From: Octopus bimaculoides
Lineage: Eukaryota
Length of the DNA: 64,000 bases
Assembly (NCBI RefSeq): GCF_001194135.2
Contig: NC_068990.1
Coordinates: 72,906,220-72,970,219, forward strand
Direction of reading: 5' to 3'
In this document: positions 25,231 to 37,130 of the stretch, in pieces
How the letters are laid out: the number at the start of each line of letters is the position of its first letter
Position numbering within the stretch: position 1 is the stretch's first letter
Made by a program: the position numbers and the translations under genes
The notes under the pieces: model-generated
The model's input: the letters and a program-made list of their open reading frames with translations, nothing else
The model's database searches: none
What the model was told of the DNA's origin: nothing

Positions 25231-27552
25231 CTGTACTTAAGATAGACGTAACATACAAAAATGATTATATAATGAAGTAATTTGATTTTATGCTACAAAG
25301 AAAATACTGTCAAAACTAAACTTATTTTTGGAAATAATAAAAGTCGTTCCAATACTCTTAAAGTTTCACCAAATTTGAAGTAGCTAAGTAGAAATGTTCA
25401 GATATGGCTACACACACACACACACACACATTTAATTGTGTAATTAACATATTTTATGTTTTATACATTTCCTTTTCCAATAAATATGAAAACATGGTTT
25501 GATAGATAATGGACGAATGATTTTTCAATGGCTGAGACTTCTTAATAACTGAAAAATTAATCAAATCAATAGCAATAAAAGTTCCAAATTATACAAAGAA
25601 AAATTATGGAGATTGCTGAAAAATCTGAAGTATGAAACCTGTTAAGATAAATGTCAAGTTGCAAGAGATTCAAAATCAAAATTTGTTACACAGTCTTATC
25701 TTAAGAAGCGAAAAAAAAAGAAACTATATAAAATCAGAGATAACTGGAATACCTATTTTATTAAACTTTTCAGCTTAACAAATTGGACTTTTGCTTTGTT
25801 TCTTTTTTTTTCCCCTTAATGTATGATTTTAGAGACTTCAANNNNNNNNNNAACTAGTGGATGATGAAAATTGTCCTGATTAAGTTTAACAAAATGCCAT
25901 AAATTTTAAAATTAAAATGAGCAAAGAAAACTTTGATTTTTGTCAATCATAATTAAATAATATTATTTGTAAAAAAAAAAAAAAAAGGAAAAAGATTTAA
26001 AATAATAGAATTGCAATTAATCATTGTATTCAAAAATTCTTTCTTTGTATGTTAGGATAGAGATTGAATACAAATTATGGATAGATTATAATTTGTCTGG
26101 GAAAAATAGGACAATTAGTAGATTTAATTTAAAAGAACTTTTTAGGAAATTATACATATCAAATAAAATATAAGTTTTCTAGTCACAAAACAAGTTTATA
26201 ATGATTGTCATAATTTTTAAATAAAAATGAAGTATAGGATAAGTAAAACACTTTAAAGTTATATTTCACTTAAATAATAATAGGAAAAAAAAAGAAAAGA
26301 TTTTCGTCAATGTCTGGATATGGTTCATTTATTTAATCTTCATTATGCTTCTTTTGTGTAATGATTTACATCAATTTTAGTGCACATGATGTTCATTTCA
26401 TAACATATCTGATGCTCTAAATAAATGAAGATTAATTCAATGGTTATCTTTTATTGAATGCTATTATCTTGACTGTTTTCAGCTAATGTTCTTCTATCCC
26501 ATTTAGAACAACACATTGAACTTCAAATCTAAAGCTTACAAAGTAGATGCTTTTATGTATTTTGGTAAAAGTCAAAAGTTTTGCAAGGAACTGTAGACTC
26601 GAGTTATTAGCCAATGTTTATTCAAAAATTCACAATGGTTACTTAGCCAAGATAATGATATACATAGACGGAGAAAATATAAATAAAATAATGACAATAA
26701 AATCAGAAAGAAAAAATAAATAAAATGAAACCTTAAACCAAAACATTAAAAAAAAGTAAAAATAAGAGAAAAATATTTGAAAAATCAAAACCATAGAATT
26801 TTATAAAGAAAAGTCTTCTACACAAAGAACTGATCTTTTTCAATATGAATTCCTCTTACATGACGTAAAACTTATGATTGTAGTTAGGATTACGATAGCC
26901 AAATTGATAGGTACAGCATAAGATGAAAGGGCTTAAATATTTCATTCTAAATTCCTCTAAGAAGGTTTATATAAAATAACATAGCAAGGAGGAAAAAATG
27001 GAAGCTTACAAGCAAAAGACAACAAGTATTAATATGCCTATAACTTCTTATGTTCAATTGACTGCAAAGTAGCGTATTGTAAATAACATTGTGACAAAAG
27101 TTGATTATGGAATCAAATTTAGCAGATAGTAGGGATTAGCATGTAATTATCAGTTTCTGGCATCTTTAGATGTTGAAATACACTTTTTTTTATACAACAA
27201 TGGACAATGTTAATACATTCTATCTTATTGAAAGAAGAATTCTGTCTCGACATTTATCTAACTTAGTAAATTATCTAAGAAATTATGATCATTCCACAAT
27301 TCATCGGAAAAAAATTATTAGCTACAAAATTAGCAGTGGATTTAAAACAACTGACAAAAAGGAGGTTTGGAATCGAATATGAAAGAATTCCTCTTCTTTT
27401 TGGTGACAATATAATCGTACAAAGAAGATTGACAAAATGCTTTCTATATTTCCCTTTTTTTTTTTTACTTTTATCAGTATTATTAGCATTTTTGCCAAAA
27501 CAAGAATAACTAGGTTTACTAAACAATGATTAAAAAGCATGCTATAGAAACC

Positions 27553-27925
27553 AGGCATGGCTGTATGGTAAGAAGTCTGCTTCCCAACCATATGGTTCCA
27601 GGTTCAGTCCCACTGCATTGCACCTTGGGCAAGTGTCTTCTATTATAGCCTTATGAGTGGATTTGGTAGACAAAAACATGTGTGTGTGTGAGATGTGTGT
27701 CTTTATGTCTGTGTTTATCCTCCACCACTGCTTGACAGCTGGTGTTGGTGTTTATGTCCCTATAACTTAGTGGTTTGGCAAAAGAGACCGATACAATAAG
27801 CACTAGGCCTAATAAAATAACATGCACTGGTGGGAGAGGGGGAGGGATTCATTCATCTCAAATTCTTTAAAACATTGCCCTAGCATAGCCACAGTCTAAT
27901 ATCTGAAACAAGTAAAAGATAAACT
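27553..27925 (+). mobile_element. family B SINE, near full length
   Basis: Complete head, CCTTGGGCAAGTGTCTTCT, internal (GT)n, and CTGAAACAAGTAAAAGATAA tail. Confidence 0.9.
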
Positions 27926-27989
27926 CAGCAAGAAATATTTTTAATAGATAAAGAACTGACATCTCAGAAACAAGGAATATAGAGGAATT

Positions 27990-29000
27990 TTTATGATGAA
28001 AGCAACACAACAGAAAGAACACACAAAACATGATAATGAGTTAAACCAGTCAGATGTAAGGGAGAAGTCTCTCCTTCAATATGTTGTAAGCAACTTGTTC
28101 AGAAAAACTGAAAAATTTGCTCAGGGTTAGAAAATCTACAACAGAATATGAACTTACACTCAGAGCTAGTAGTTCAATGTTTCATATTTTTTTCTTTTTT
28201 AGTTATATGTTCTAAAATAAAGACTAGGTACAGCAGTGATAAAGGCATCAAATAAAAGAGTTTAGTAGTTCTGACTAAAAACATAACAAAGTTATGCCAT
28301 AGCATAAGAACAGTACTTACATTTATATACACAGAAACAGGTCTTTAAAAGTTAGCTGAGAATGGTAAATTAGAGAATGTAACATTAACCTATCTTTCGT
28401 TGAATGTTTTTGATGGAAGATCAACTTTCCCAACAAGAACACTATTTTTCAAAGAGAATTAAAGAACATCTCAGTCTTGACAGCCTCACTACACAGACAA
28501 CATGCACAGTGTGGAGTCTTGTATATTTGGCAACAAGTGTGGAAAATTTAGCTAATTTGACAAATGAGAAAATTAAAGAGAGAGGTCAATGAATCCCTAA
28601 TAGGTTTTTCTTATTTTTCATAAAATTAGGAATGTCTAGACAAAAAAATCAAATTCAGAATTAGATGAGATAGTTTGACAAGGGCCTAGAAATATGTAAT
28701 TGCAGGGAAAAGGAGGTGAAAATTATTCTAGCTGCATATGATGACAGAAACATACTTTGCCCCTCTAACAATCTCATTGCAGTAATTTCAATTAGAGATA
28801 AAAGGATTATCAGTTGTTATCAATACACCAGTTACTAAGCTTTTGAAGAGCATCTTATGGCTTCTATATTGATGTTGCATGTTTTAGAGAAAATATCTTC
28901 AAAAACTGAGTAATTTTGCAATTGAAAGAATGAGTTGTTTCAGTGATAGAAGAACATTTGATAGAAGAACATTTGATGCCAGAGAGTGTCTGCATAAAAG
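27990..29000 (+). pseudogene. possible highly decayed LINE (L1/Tx1-like) reverse transcriptase
   Basis: KGLEICNCREKEVKIILAAYDD near 28680-28745 resembles L1 KGIxIGKEEVKLSLFADD; upstream REKSLLQ is weakly like RPISLLN; many stops. Confidence 0.25.
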
Positions 29001-29428
29001 AGGTTAAAAAAATTTAACAGTTGGCAAATTACAAAAAACTATAAAACAAAATTTCAAACGCAGGTACAAATTCAGTATATATGTTCCATTGCCATTTTAG
29101 AAGAACTACAAATGTGGTGAGAAGTATTGAAGTGCAGGAGAAATTGTTCAGTTTTGGAAGAGAGGAAAGGTCAAGTGTGTAGAATGTGTGAAAGGTTTCA
29201 ATTGTTGAATTAGTTGAATCTTTACAAGAAGAATGAAACAGCCCGAAGGAATTGTGAATCTTCAAATCTCTAGATAAGATTCATTCAGCAAGTATGGGGT
29301 GTCTCACAAAGTGTATCAACAGAAAGAACAAATCTTTCTGAAGAGATTGAGAAGACAAATTTTTATTCAAACTAACTGCAGGATATTCGTTCGTCTTTAT
29401 TTCTTTATTTACTTATATATTTCTTCAG

Positions 29429-29435
29429 TAACAAG
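29429..29435 (+). CDS. candidate 7-nt microexon (or the 3' end of a 54-nt exon starting at 29382)
   Basis: About 45-nt polypyrimidine tract, TTCAG|TAACAAG|GTGAGT, then a canonical 104-nt intron ending TTTTTCCTGTAG. Confidence 0.3.
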
Positions 29436-29539
29436 GTGAGTTAAAATATACAATGGAACCTCCATTTACGAATTTAATTCATTCCTGAAGACTGTTCATC
29501 AACCGAAATGTTTGTAAACGATGACTATTTTTCCTGTAG

Positions 29540-29597
29540 GAAATTCAAAAGAAGACATGGTGAATTCAAGCAGGGATACGCACTGATTGAAAGCTAG
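29540..29597 (+). CDS. candidate exon (KFKRRHGEFKQGYALIES* in phase 2; alternative donor at 29559)
   Basis: Strong acceptor TTTTTCCTGTAG|G; the frame depends on the upstream exon. Confidence 0.3.
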
Positions 29598-31515
29598 ACA
29601 GCAACTGATGCTCTCCCACTAATACTCCCAGCTGGTTGCTGACCATTGTTGCTGGCTTGTATGTTTGTTACTTGAGATTGTTCACCATCTGAGATGTTTT
29701 ATGTTTGAAAAATAGTTCATAAACTGACCTGTTTGTGATGAGAAGCATTCCTAAACCATGGTTCCACTACATATCAGAATAAAGACAATGTTTAATTTTA
29801 GAATCCATCCAGTAGGATGAGGTTGGGGTAATGAGTTTAACAGGGGTAGTTGTGGTGACTGGTCCAGCTAACTGGAATGGGTTAAGATGTGTGGTGAATA
29901 AGTCCTAGTGTTAAGTTATTTACAACAAACCAGTGCTAATAAGAATCTAACATTAAGAGATTTTCATTTTTAATGAAAGGGTTCAAAATAGAATTTTGAA
30001 GAAAATCTCTTATAAATTAATATTAAATATCATATAAATTCAATGACAAAACTTTTTTTCCTTTACAAAATATATAAATTTTTTTTTTTTTTTTTGAAAC
30101 ATATTAAATATTAAAAAAACTTCAATATATATATTTATAGTGGATAATAAATAGACTTATTAAAAGTTAAGTTCAAAATGTTTTAATTTATATTTATTTT
30201 GTTTCAGAGTCCCACTGGGAAACAATTCATTTAAAGTCTCGGAATTAATATAAAAACATATCAAAAATTTACTTTAAAGTCAACAGTAACTAAACTTGAA
30301 AGGGATAGAAAATTTAATGTTTTAAGATTCAGAACATTTTTAAACAGACTCAATATTTTATTCTGATTAAATATGTCAGAATATTGTGTCATTTAAACTA
30401 GAAAATTCCTAAAACTATCTTTGAAGGGAAGAAATTAAAACAAGTCATATGTATATATCCTTAAATATTAAATGAGTAATGAATGGGTTTTTAAAAATTT
30501 AATCTAGACAATATGTCAATAAAGTTTTATTTGTATATCCATGTTTTTAAGATGGATTAAATGTATACATACATATATATAAGTCCAGAAGATTTCACAA
30601 AACAAATGAAACTGAATATTCATATTTTCATTTAATTATTGATATATGTCTATGATTTATTAATGTCTACAAATTTATGTTAGTCTTAATAACATTAAAA
30701 TTCATAATTTATAAGGAGAGAGAAAACTTTGACAGAATGGAAGAGGAAGAGAGAAAGAGAGAAAAGAGAGTTTCCGTGAGTAAAATTGTATATATGTGTG
30801 TGTGCATAACATATACAAGCACTTGGAAATGAACATTGTTTGAATAAATATACAAATACCTAAAAGACACCAGTAAATAAATATTATTTGTAAAACCCTT
30901 TGAAATAATTGTCTTTCAAATACTAAGAAGTTCTGCACAAAATCCAGTTTTGATATCAATCTGTCTGAGACTTTGGTTCCATGATACAAACTCCCTGTTT
31001 TAAACTGTCTAAATTACAGCCTGCCATTCCTTCAAAATTTCATGTTAATCTACTCCAAAACACCAGCTTATTGATGATAAAATTATTTTGCTAAGTTCTT
31101 CATTATTTTCAAAATTTATTGAAACAAAGTCTATTTGAAAAGAAATATGGTTACAAACGATCTCGTTTTCAATCAATCAATGAATTTTTAATAATACAAT
31201 TAACAGTGATATCATTCAAAGAGCATGCTTTTTCTCTCTTTCCCCACTTTATAGTCTTCTCTACCCCTTGTCTGCTGAAGAATTCTGATAGCAAACTTTA
31301 CACCCTTGATCATCTCTAAAATTAGTTCTAAACAAGCAACAACAAGCTACAGATATGGAAGATAGAAATAAAGTTCTTCAAGTATTAAGACATATCAGGG
31401 AGTAATGATAATGAATACACTAAGGAAAGGTATACATGTAAGATAAATAATTATGTCTGACAAGTGTAAAAAAATAAAATAAATATTTACATTATTGAAT
31501 ATGTTTATACAGATG

Positions 31516-31552
<37 letters not shown>

Positions 31553-31555
<3 letters not shown>

Positions 31556-32205
31556 GAGCTGGACAAAATAATGGCAACACCTAGCATCATAGCATCATAA
31601 TTTTGAAATATTTATAAAACCATCAAAAGTTTGTCTATTTTTATGTTGTTTTTATTTATTATTAGTGTTGCTTAAAATGTTTTGCTAAAATTGCTGCTTC
31701 TTTTCAGATATCATCAGAAAAAGGTAATTAAAATTCATTCAAATGACAGATCTATCAGACTTTCAAAGAGTTCAAATTGTTGGTGCTCGTATGGCAGTCA
31801 CTAGCATAATGAAAACAGCCGAAATATTTGGTGTATCAAGAAGTACTGTCTCAAAATTAATAACAGCCTTTGAGAAAGAGGAGAAAACCTCCTCGTCAAA
31901 ACAAAACTCTGGAAGATAACCAAAACTTTCAGATAGGGACCATCAGACTCATACGTGAATTGTTAGAAAGGATCACAAAAATACAGCTCCCAAAATTACT
32001 TCAGAGCTTAATGACCACCTTGAGACCCAGTTTCCACAAAAACTGTTCACTGGAAGCTGCACAAAGCCAGATTTCATAGGAAGGCTGCAATCAGAAAACC
32101 ACTATTTTCAAAAACCAACGTTGCAAAGCATTTAGAGTGGATCAAATTCATCCTGTGGTTGCGGAACTGTTTCCAGAGGGAAACGCAATCTTTCAGGATG
32201 ATAAC
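31553..32205 (+). mobile_element. Tc1-like DNA transposon, defective transposase with an internal deletion
   Basis: TA|CAGGAGCTGGACAAAATAATGG left TIR; ATG at 31743 gives MTDLSDFQRVQIVGARMAVTSIMKTAEIFGVSRSTVSK (paired-like HTH), then GR*PKLSDRD, AAIRKPL and HLEW fused to DQIHPVVAELFPEGNAIFQDDN. Confidence 0.92.
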
Positions 32206-32305
32206 NNNNNNNNNNNNNNNNNNNNNNNNNNNNNNNNNNNNNNNNNNNNNNNNNNNNNNNNNNNNNNNNNNNNNNNNNNNNNNNNNNNNNNNNNNNNNNN
32301 NNNNN

Positions 32306-32515
32306 ATGTCTTTGTGTCTGTGTTTGCCCTTCACCACAGCTTGATAACTGGTGTTGATGTGTTTGTATCCCCAAAACTTGTGGTTGAGCAAAAGAGACTA
32401 ATAGAATAATTACCAGGTTTAAAAAATAAATACTAGGGTCAATTCATTTGACTAAAAATTCAAAGTGGTGCCCCACCATGGCTGCAGTCTAATGACTGAA
32501 ACAAGTAAAAGATAA
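32306..32515 (+). mobile_element. family B SINE 3' half
   Basis: TGTCTTTGTGTCTGTGTTTG...GAAACAAGTAAAAGATAAAA. Confidence 0.85.
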
Positions 32516-32950
32516 AAGCTATATATATATATTCCTTCATTTACTTTACATACATTTTGTCATGCTAGTATGGGTTAGACAAATGCATATTATAACAAAT
32601 ACATATCCTTTAGCTTGCCACACAAACATATACTCCTGCACACATCTGCAAGCAAGTGCACCAGTACATCCACTAAAACACACAGTGCCATTAGCACAAC
32701 TGCACATATCCACTTGTAAGAAGGGAGAAATGAACACACACATATAATGATCACTTGCAGGCATAACATACATACATATACTATTAGGAAGTACACATAC
32801 ATGCAGCTTCACATATGTACACATCCACCAGTAGTTGACAAAATAGAATTTTGAAAGAATTTTACAATTTAAGGTTGATTCTAAATAATATGAAACAACA
32901 ATAGTATCATTTCCCAAATTAACAAAATAAAAAGCATACACATAAGTATT

Positions 32951-33164
32951 CTTTTCTAATCTAGGCACGAGGCCCAAAATTTTAGGGGAGAGGGCCAGTC
33001 GATTAGATCGACCCCAGTACACAACTGATACTTAATTTATCGACCTTGAAAGGATGAAAGGCAAAGTCAACCTCTACGGAATTGGAACTCAGAACATAAA
33101 GACAGACAAAATGCAGCTAAGCATTTCACCTGACGTGTTAACGTTTCTGCCAGCTCACCGCCTT
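32951..33164 (-). mobile_element. family A SINE with 17-bp TSD
   Basis: GCATACACATAAGTATT (32934-32950) / GCATACACATAAATATT (33165-33181). Confidence 0.9.
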
Positions 33165-33197
33165 GCATACACATAAATATTAATTTAGTAATCCAAG

Positions 33198-33407
33198 AGG
33201 GTAGGTAGTGAGCTGACAGAATAGCTAGCACTCCAGGCTAGTGGCATTTTGTTAGTCTTTACGTTCTGAGTTCATATTCTGCTGAGGTTGACATTGCATT
33301 CATTGTGTCAAGGTTGATAAAACAATGACCAGTCAAGCACTGGGGGTCGATGTAATCAGCTTATCCTCTCCCTCAAAACTGCTGGCCTAGCGCTAAAAGT
33401 TTGGAAT
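33198..33407 (+). mobile_element. family A SINE with 17-bp TSD
   Basis: TAATTTAGTAATCCAAG (33181-33197) / TAATTTAGGAATCCAAG (33408-33424). Confidence 0.85.
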
Positions 33408-33990
33408 TAATTTAGGAATCCAAGTATATAGTTAAACATATTTTTTTTATTACTCTTTCTTTTCCAAGAAATGAAATTAGAACCACCAAAAAGTGTTTTC
33501 ATTGAACTAACATCTTTAGATTTCAACATATGAAACAGCAATAGTTTAAGGTCTTGAACTATATCAAACAGATGTAGAACAGAACTGTCAAAAGGAGATA
33601 TTTAATGGGAATCTTATTTTGCAGAAATTTAAATTGTTTTCTCTTTTTTCCTTTTCATTTGTAATTAATGAATGTAAATATGTTTTTCTTATATAGGCAG
33701 TCAAGTATAGAAGATTGCAAACGAATGATAATGTTAATTGGAAATAAATATAAGACTTCCTAATTCCTTATAATACTTCTCAGTACACTTGCACTGAGAG
33801 ACATAAAAAGAAAAAAGAAAAACTATATTGTAAATGGTTTGCAAGAAACAATTATTGGAATATTTTTTTTCTTTCCTTATTACAGAACAAGAAGTGGTTG
33901 TTTTACTTTTCATTTACTGGTTTCAGTCATTGGACAGCAGCCAAGCTGGAGCACTACAGATAAGTGTTTAGCTGACCATATTGATCCTTT

Positions 33991-34102
33991 GTACTTATTT
34001 CAGTCTTGTACTTATTTCAGTCTTGTACTTATTTCAGTCTTGTACTTATTTCAGTCTTGTACTTATTTCAGTCTTGTACTTATTTCAGTCTGGTACTTAT
34101 TT
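33991..34102. repeat. 17-bp minisatellite (GTACTTATTTCAGTCTT) x6.5 inside a minus-strand family B SINE remnant
   Basis: Six units counted directly, plus a partial seventh. Confidence 0.95.
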
Positions 34103-34218
34103 TATCAACTCTTGTTTGTCAAATTAAGAAGATAATACAGTTCTATATTTAAGAGATGAGGAATTATGCACATTATTTACATTTGACGGATATTTGTCCT
34201 CATCTTGTTTCGACCAAT

Positions 34219-34261
34219 ATACCCTCCAGNNNNNNNNNNTACCCTCCAGCCTTCATCAGGT
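34219..34261 (-). ncRNA. degenerate hammerhead-like motif in a Penelope-type terminus
   Basis: After collapsing the overlap across the 10-N gap, the minus strand reads CTGATGA-AGGCTGGAGGGTATATTGGTC-GAAAC; stem II needs several GU pairs and stems I/III are not recoverable. Confidence 0.35.
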
Positions 34262-34504
34262 GTCTTGGTATTTTTTGATGTTATCAATATTATTATTATT
34301 ATTATTATCATCATTCAGGTCACTGCCTGGAATTGAACTCGGAATCTATGCTATAAGCCCGTGGGCAATTATGGAGTGAATTTTGGGGCTTATAAACCTA
34401 ATATTTTACTAAGCTTTAGTACATAAAGAAGCACAGACATAAACCACAATGGTTTTTAGGCCATAAATGCAAACACACACACATTCTGTCAGTATGTGTT
34501 TACA

Positions 34505-34900
34505 TTTATGTTATAGATCATCATCATTTAACATCCATCTTCCATGTTAGTATGAGTCAGATGAGTTAACAGGATCCAGTGAACCAGAGGACTGTGTTGA
34601 GCTCTAATGTCTGTTTTGACATGGTTTCTACAGTTGGATGCCCCTTTCTAATGCCACTCACTTTACAGAGTGTACTGCATGCTTTCTTCATGACTTTTTC
34701 CTCGTACTGGCACTAGTGAGGTAAGCTACTAACTCATAAGACCCCCATGACTTGAGTGGGGTTGGAGTGAAGAAGGATATGGCATTGTGTCAGGTGTTAA
34801 GAGATCAAAGTATAACAGAGTGACAAGCTCAAGTGTCTTGCAATGGAGGAAATATGAGGCTACCCTGCATTATACTAGAGTGGGTAAGAATAGGTAGATA
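34505..34900 (-). mobile_element. family C element with purine-rich (plus-strand) body
   Basis: CATCATCATTTAAC...TTCCATG...GGATGCCCCTTTCTAATGCCA, followed by GTGTCTTGCAA and a G-rich stretch. Confidence 0.65.
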
Positions 34901-35524
34901 GAAGATAATGATGCTGATGGTGATGAGATGTCAGAACATACTCTCAAGATACAAAAAGATGAGTATAAGAGAGAATACAAACAGGGTTTCAACACAGTTT
35001 CTGTAAACCACATACATTCCACAAAATAGGCCATAACAGAAGATATTTGGCCAAGGTGTCACAAAGTGGAATAGAATTAAAAACCATTTGGCTAGGTAGT
35101 GAGCTTCATAACCATACAGCCAGGATTGTACCACCTAATCAGCTATGATTAATGTTATAAGACAGCTTTTAGCCAATTCACACTCATCCTTCTTGGTGAG
35201 TGTGAATTAATCATTAAGTCTTTATTATGTAAAAGGTACCCCTTAGTCCTACACAGTGAAAAGGAAACCAACTTCAAATAATATATGAAAAATCAAGTGT
35301 GTTAATCAGTCAAGGTGTTATTATTCACCAGTTTTATTTGATTCAAATAATGTATAGCAATTTAGACCCTTTTACTAAAAAAGGTTCCACTTACAAATTC
35401 ATTTACTTTGGCTACACACTGAAGTACCGTCACTTAAATCCTCTTGCTTTGTCTTCTTGTCGACTCCAGAGACACAAGAGTTTTGAACTAATTTATAACG
35501 GATGATTATAGCTCTGAGCACATT

Positions 35525-35910
35525 GTTATGTTTTTGTTGATACAAAAAAGAGGTACAGGGATAGTTGTGTGATAAGAAGTGTGCTTCTCAAGACTCTTAC
35601 CCAAGGTGGGTAAGAGTCTTCTCCTGTAGCCACAGACTGATTTGGTAGGCAGAAACAGAAAGAAGCCTCTGTGTGTGTGTATGTGCTGTCTCCTTGCCTT
35701 GACATGTGATCATTGTGAATGAATTTCACAGTTACACAATCAGTGTCCTTCACTTCCACTCTTCTGAGCAAACATATCTGGTAATAGGGTGGTCATGGAG
35801 AAGTGTTACCTTTCTTGGTAAGAGGTGAGAGCTGGTCCAGTCAAAGAAAATCTGCCTCAACAAATTCTCTCTGACCCATGCGAGCATGGAAAAGTGGGCA
35901 TTAAAGTGAT
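35525..35910. mobile_element. family B head fragment (minus) abutting a plus-strand SINE with GACCCATGCGAGCATGGAAAAG tail
   Basis: Shared blocks with 7725-8085 and with the 8520-8680 fragment. Confidence 0.55.
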
Positions 35911-36439
35911 GAGAAACAAAAATAAAATACCACTCACTCTGTATAGACTACTCCAGCAAGAAGAAAGGGATCAACTCAATTAACAAAAACATTCCGTAAG
36001 AAATAAATTTTTAAAAAAAGGCAAAGATTTCTATGCAACTTTTTATGCAATCAAAAATCTTACATTTTATTAAGTTCAATTTCTGAAACATTGTAACCTA
36101 TACATAAACTACAAACTTAGGATTTCAATCTATTTTTTACATAAGTCTTGATTTAATTTCCACAGAAGATAATCTGAAATTATTCAGAAATGCTTGACTA
36201 TTTTCACTTTTGTGCGCGCGCATGTGTGTGCGTGTGTTTATAAGGAACAGTGTATCTCAGTTATTCTAAAATTAAATTTTACTGCAATGAATATCTCGGC
36301 TTGATAGACGATGAAATTAAATACACACACCGTTCTTCTCTTCATTGATAAAATTGAACAAAGACTATGCTGACATCGACAGTAGATGTCAAATCTATAT
36401 GTGCATTTGCAAACCCTAAACACAAACATACACATATAG

Positions 36440-36448
36440 ATATATCGC

Positions 36449-36505
<57 letters not shown>

Positions 36506-36526
36506 ACGTATGTGTGTGTGTGTGTA

Positions 36527-36562
<36 letters not shown>

Positions 36563-36909
36563 NNNNNNNNNNNNNNNNNNNNNNNNNNNNNNNNNNNNNN
36601 NNNNNNNNNNNNNNNNNNNNNNNNNNNNNNNNNNNNNNNNNNNNNNNNNNNNNNNNNNNNNNNNNNNNNNNNNNNNNNNNNNNNNNNNNNNNNNNNNNNN
36701 NNNNNNNNNNNNNNNNNNNNNNNNNNNNNNNNNNNNNNNNNNNNNNNNNNNNNNNNNNNNNNNNNNNNNNNNNNNNNNNNNNNNNNNNNNNNNNNNNNNN
36801 NNNNNNNNNNNNNNNNNNNNNNNNNNNNNNNNNNNNNNNNNNNNNNNNNNNNNNNNNNNNNNNNNNNNNNNNNNNNNNNNNNNNNNNNNNNNNNNNNNNN
36901 NNNNNNNNN

Positions 36910-36958
<49 letters not shown>

Positions 36959-37130
36959 GTACATATACATATACACACATGTATATGTATATACATACAC
37001 ACACACATGCATATATATACATACATACATATATATATACACACACACATACTCATATATGTACATATGCATACATCTATTCATACATATATATGCAGAT
37101 TCACACATGTACATATACACATGTAATATA
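36440..37130. repeat. (TA)n/(TG)n/(CA)n compound microsatellite around an N gap
   Basis: Direct read. Confidence 0.9.

Noticed and set aside
28952-28981. 15-bp tandem duplication GATAGAAGAACATTT
   Set aside because: Isolated two-copy slippage event with no further structure.
17380-29435. Resemblance of NILSSxVLL, ELMIVN and RLYFF to the two-pore channel pore/S6 region
   Set aside because: Motif spacing is wrong, RLYFFIYLY comes from a polypyrimidine tract, and no S5 or LEAF-type flanking exons were found; no gene name assigned.
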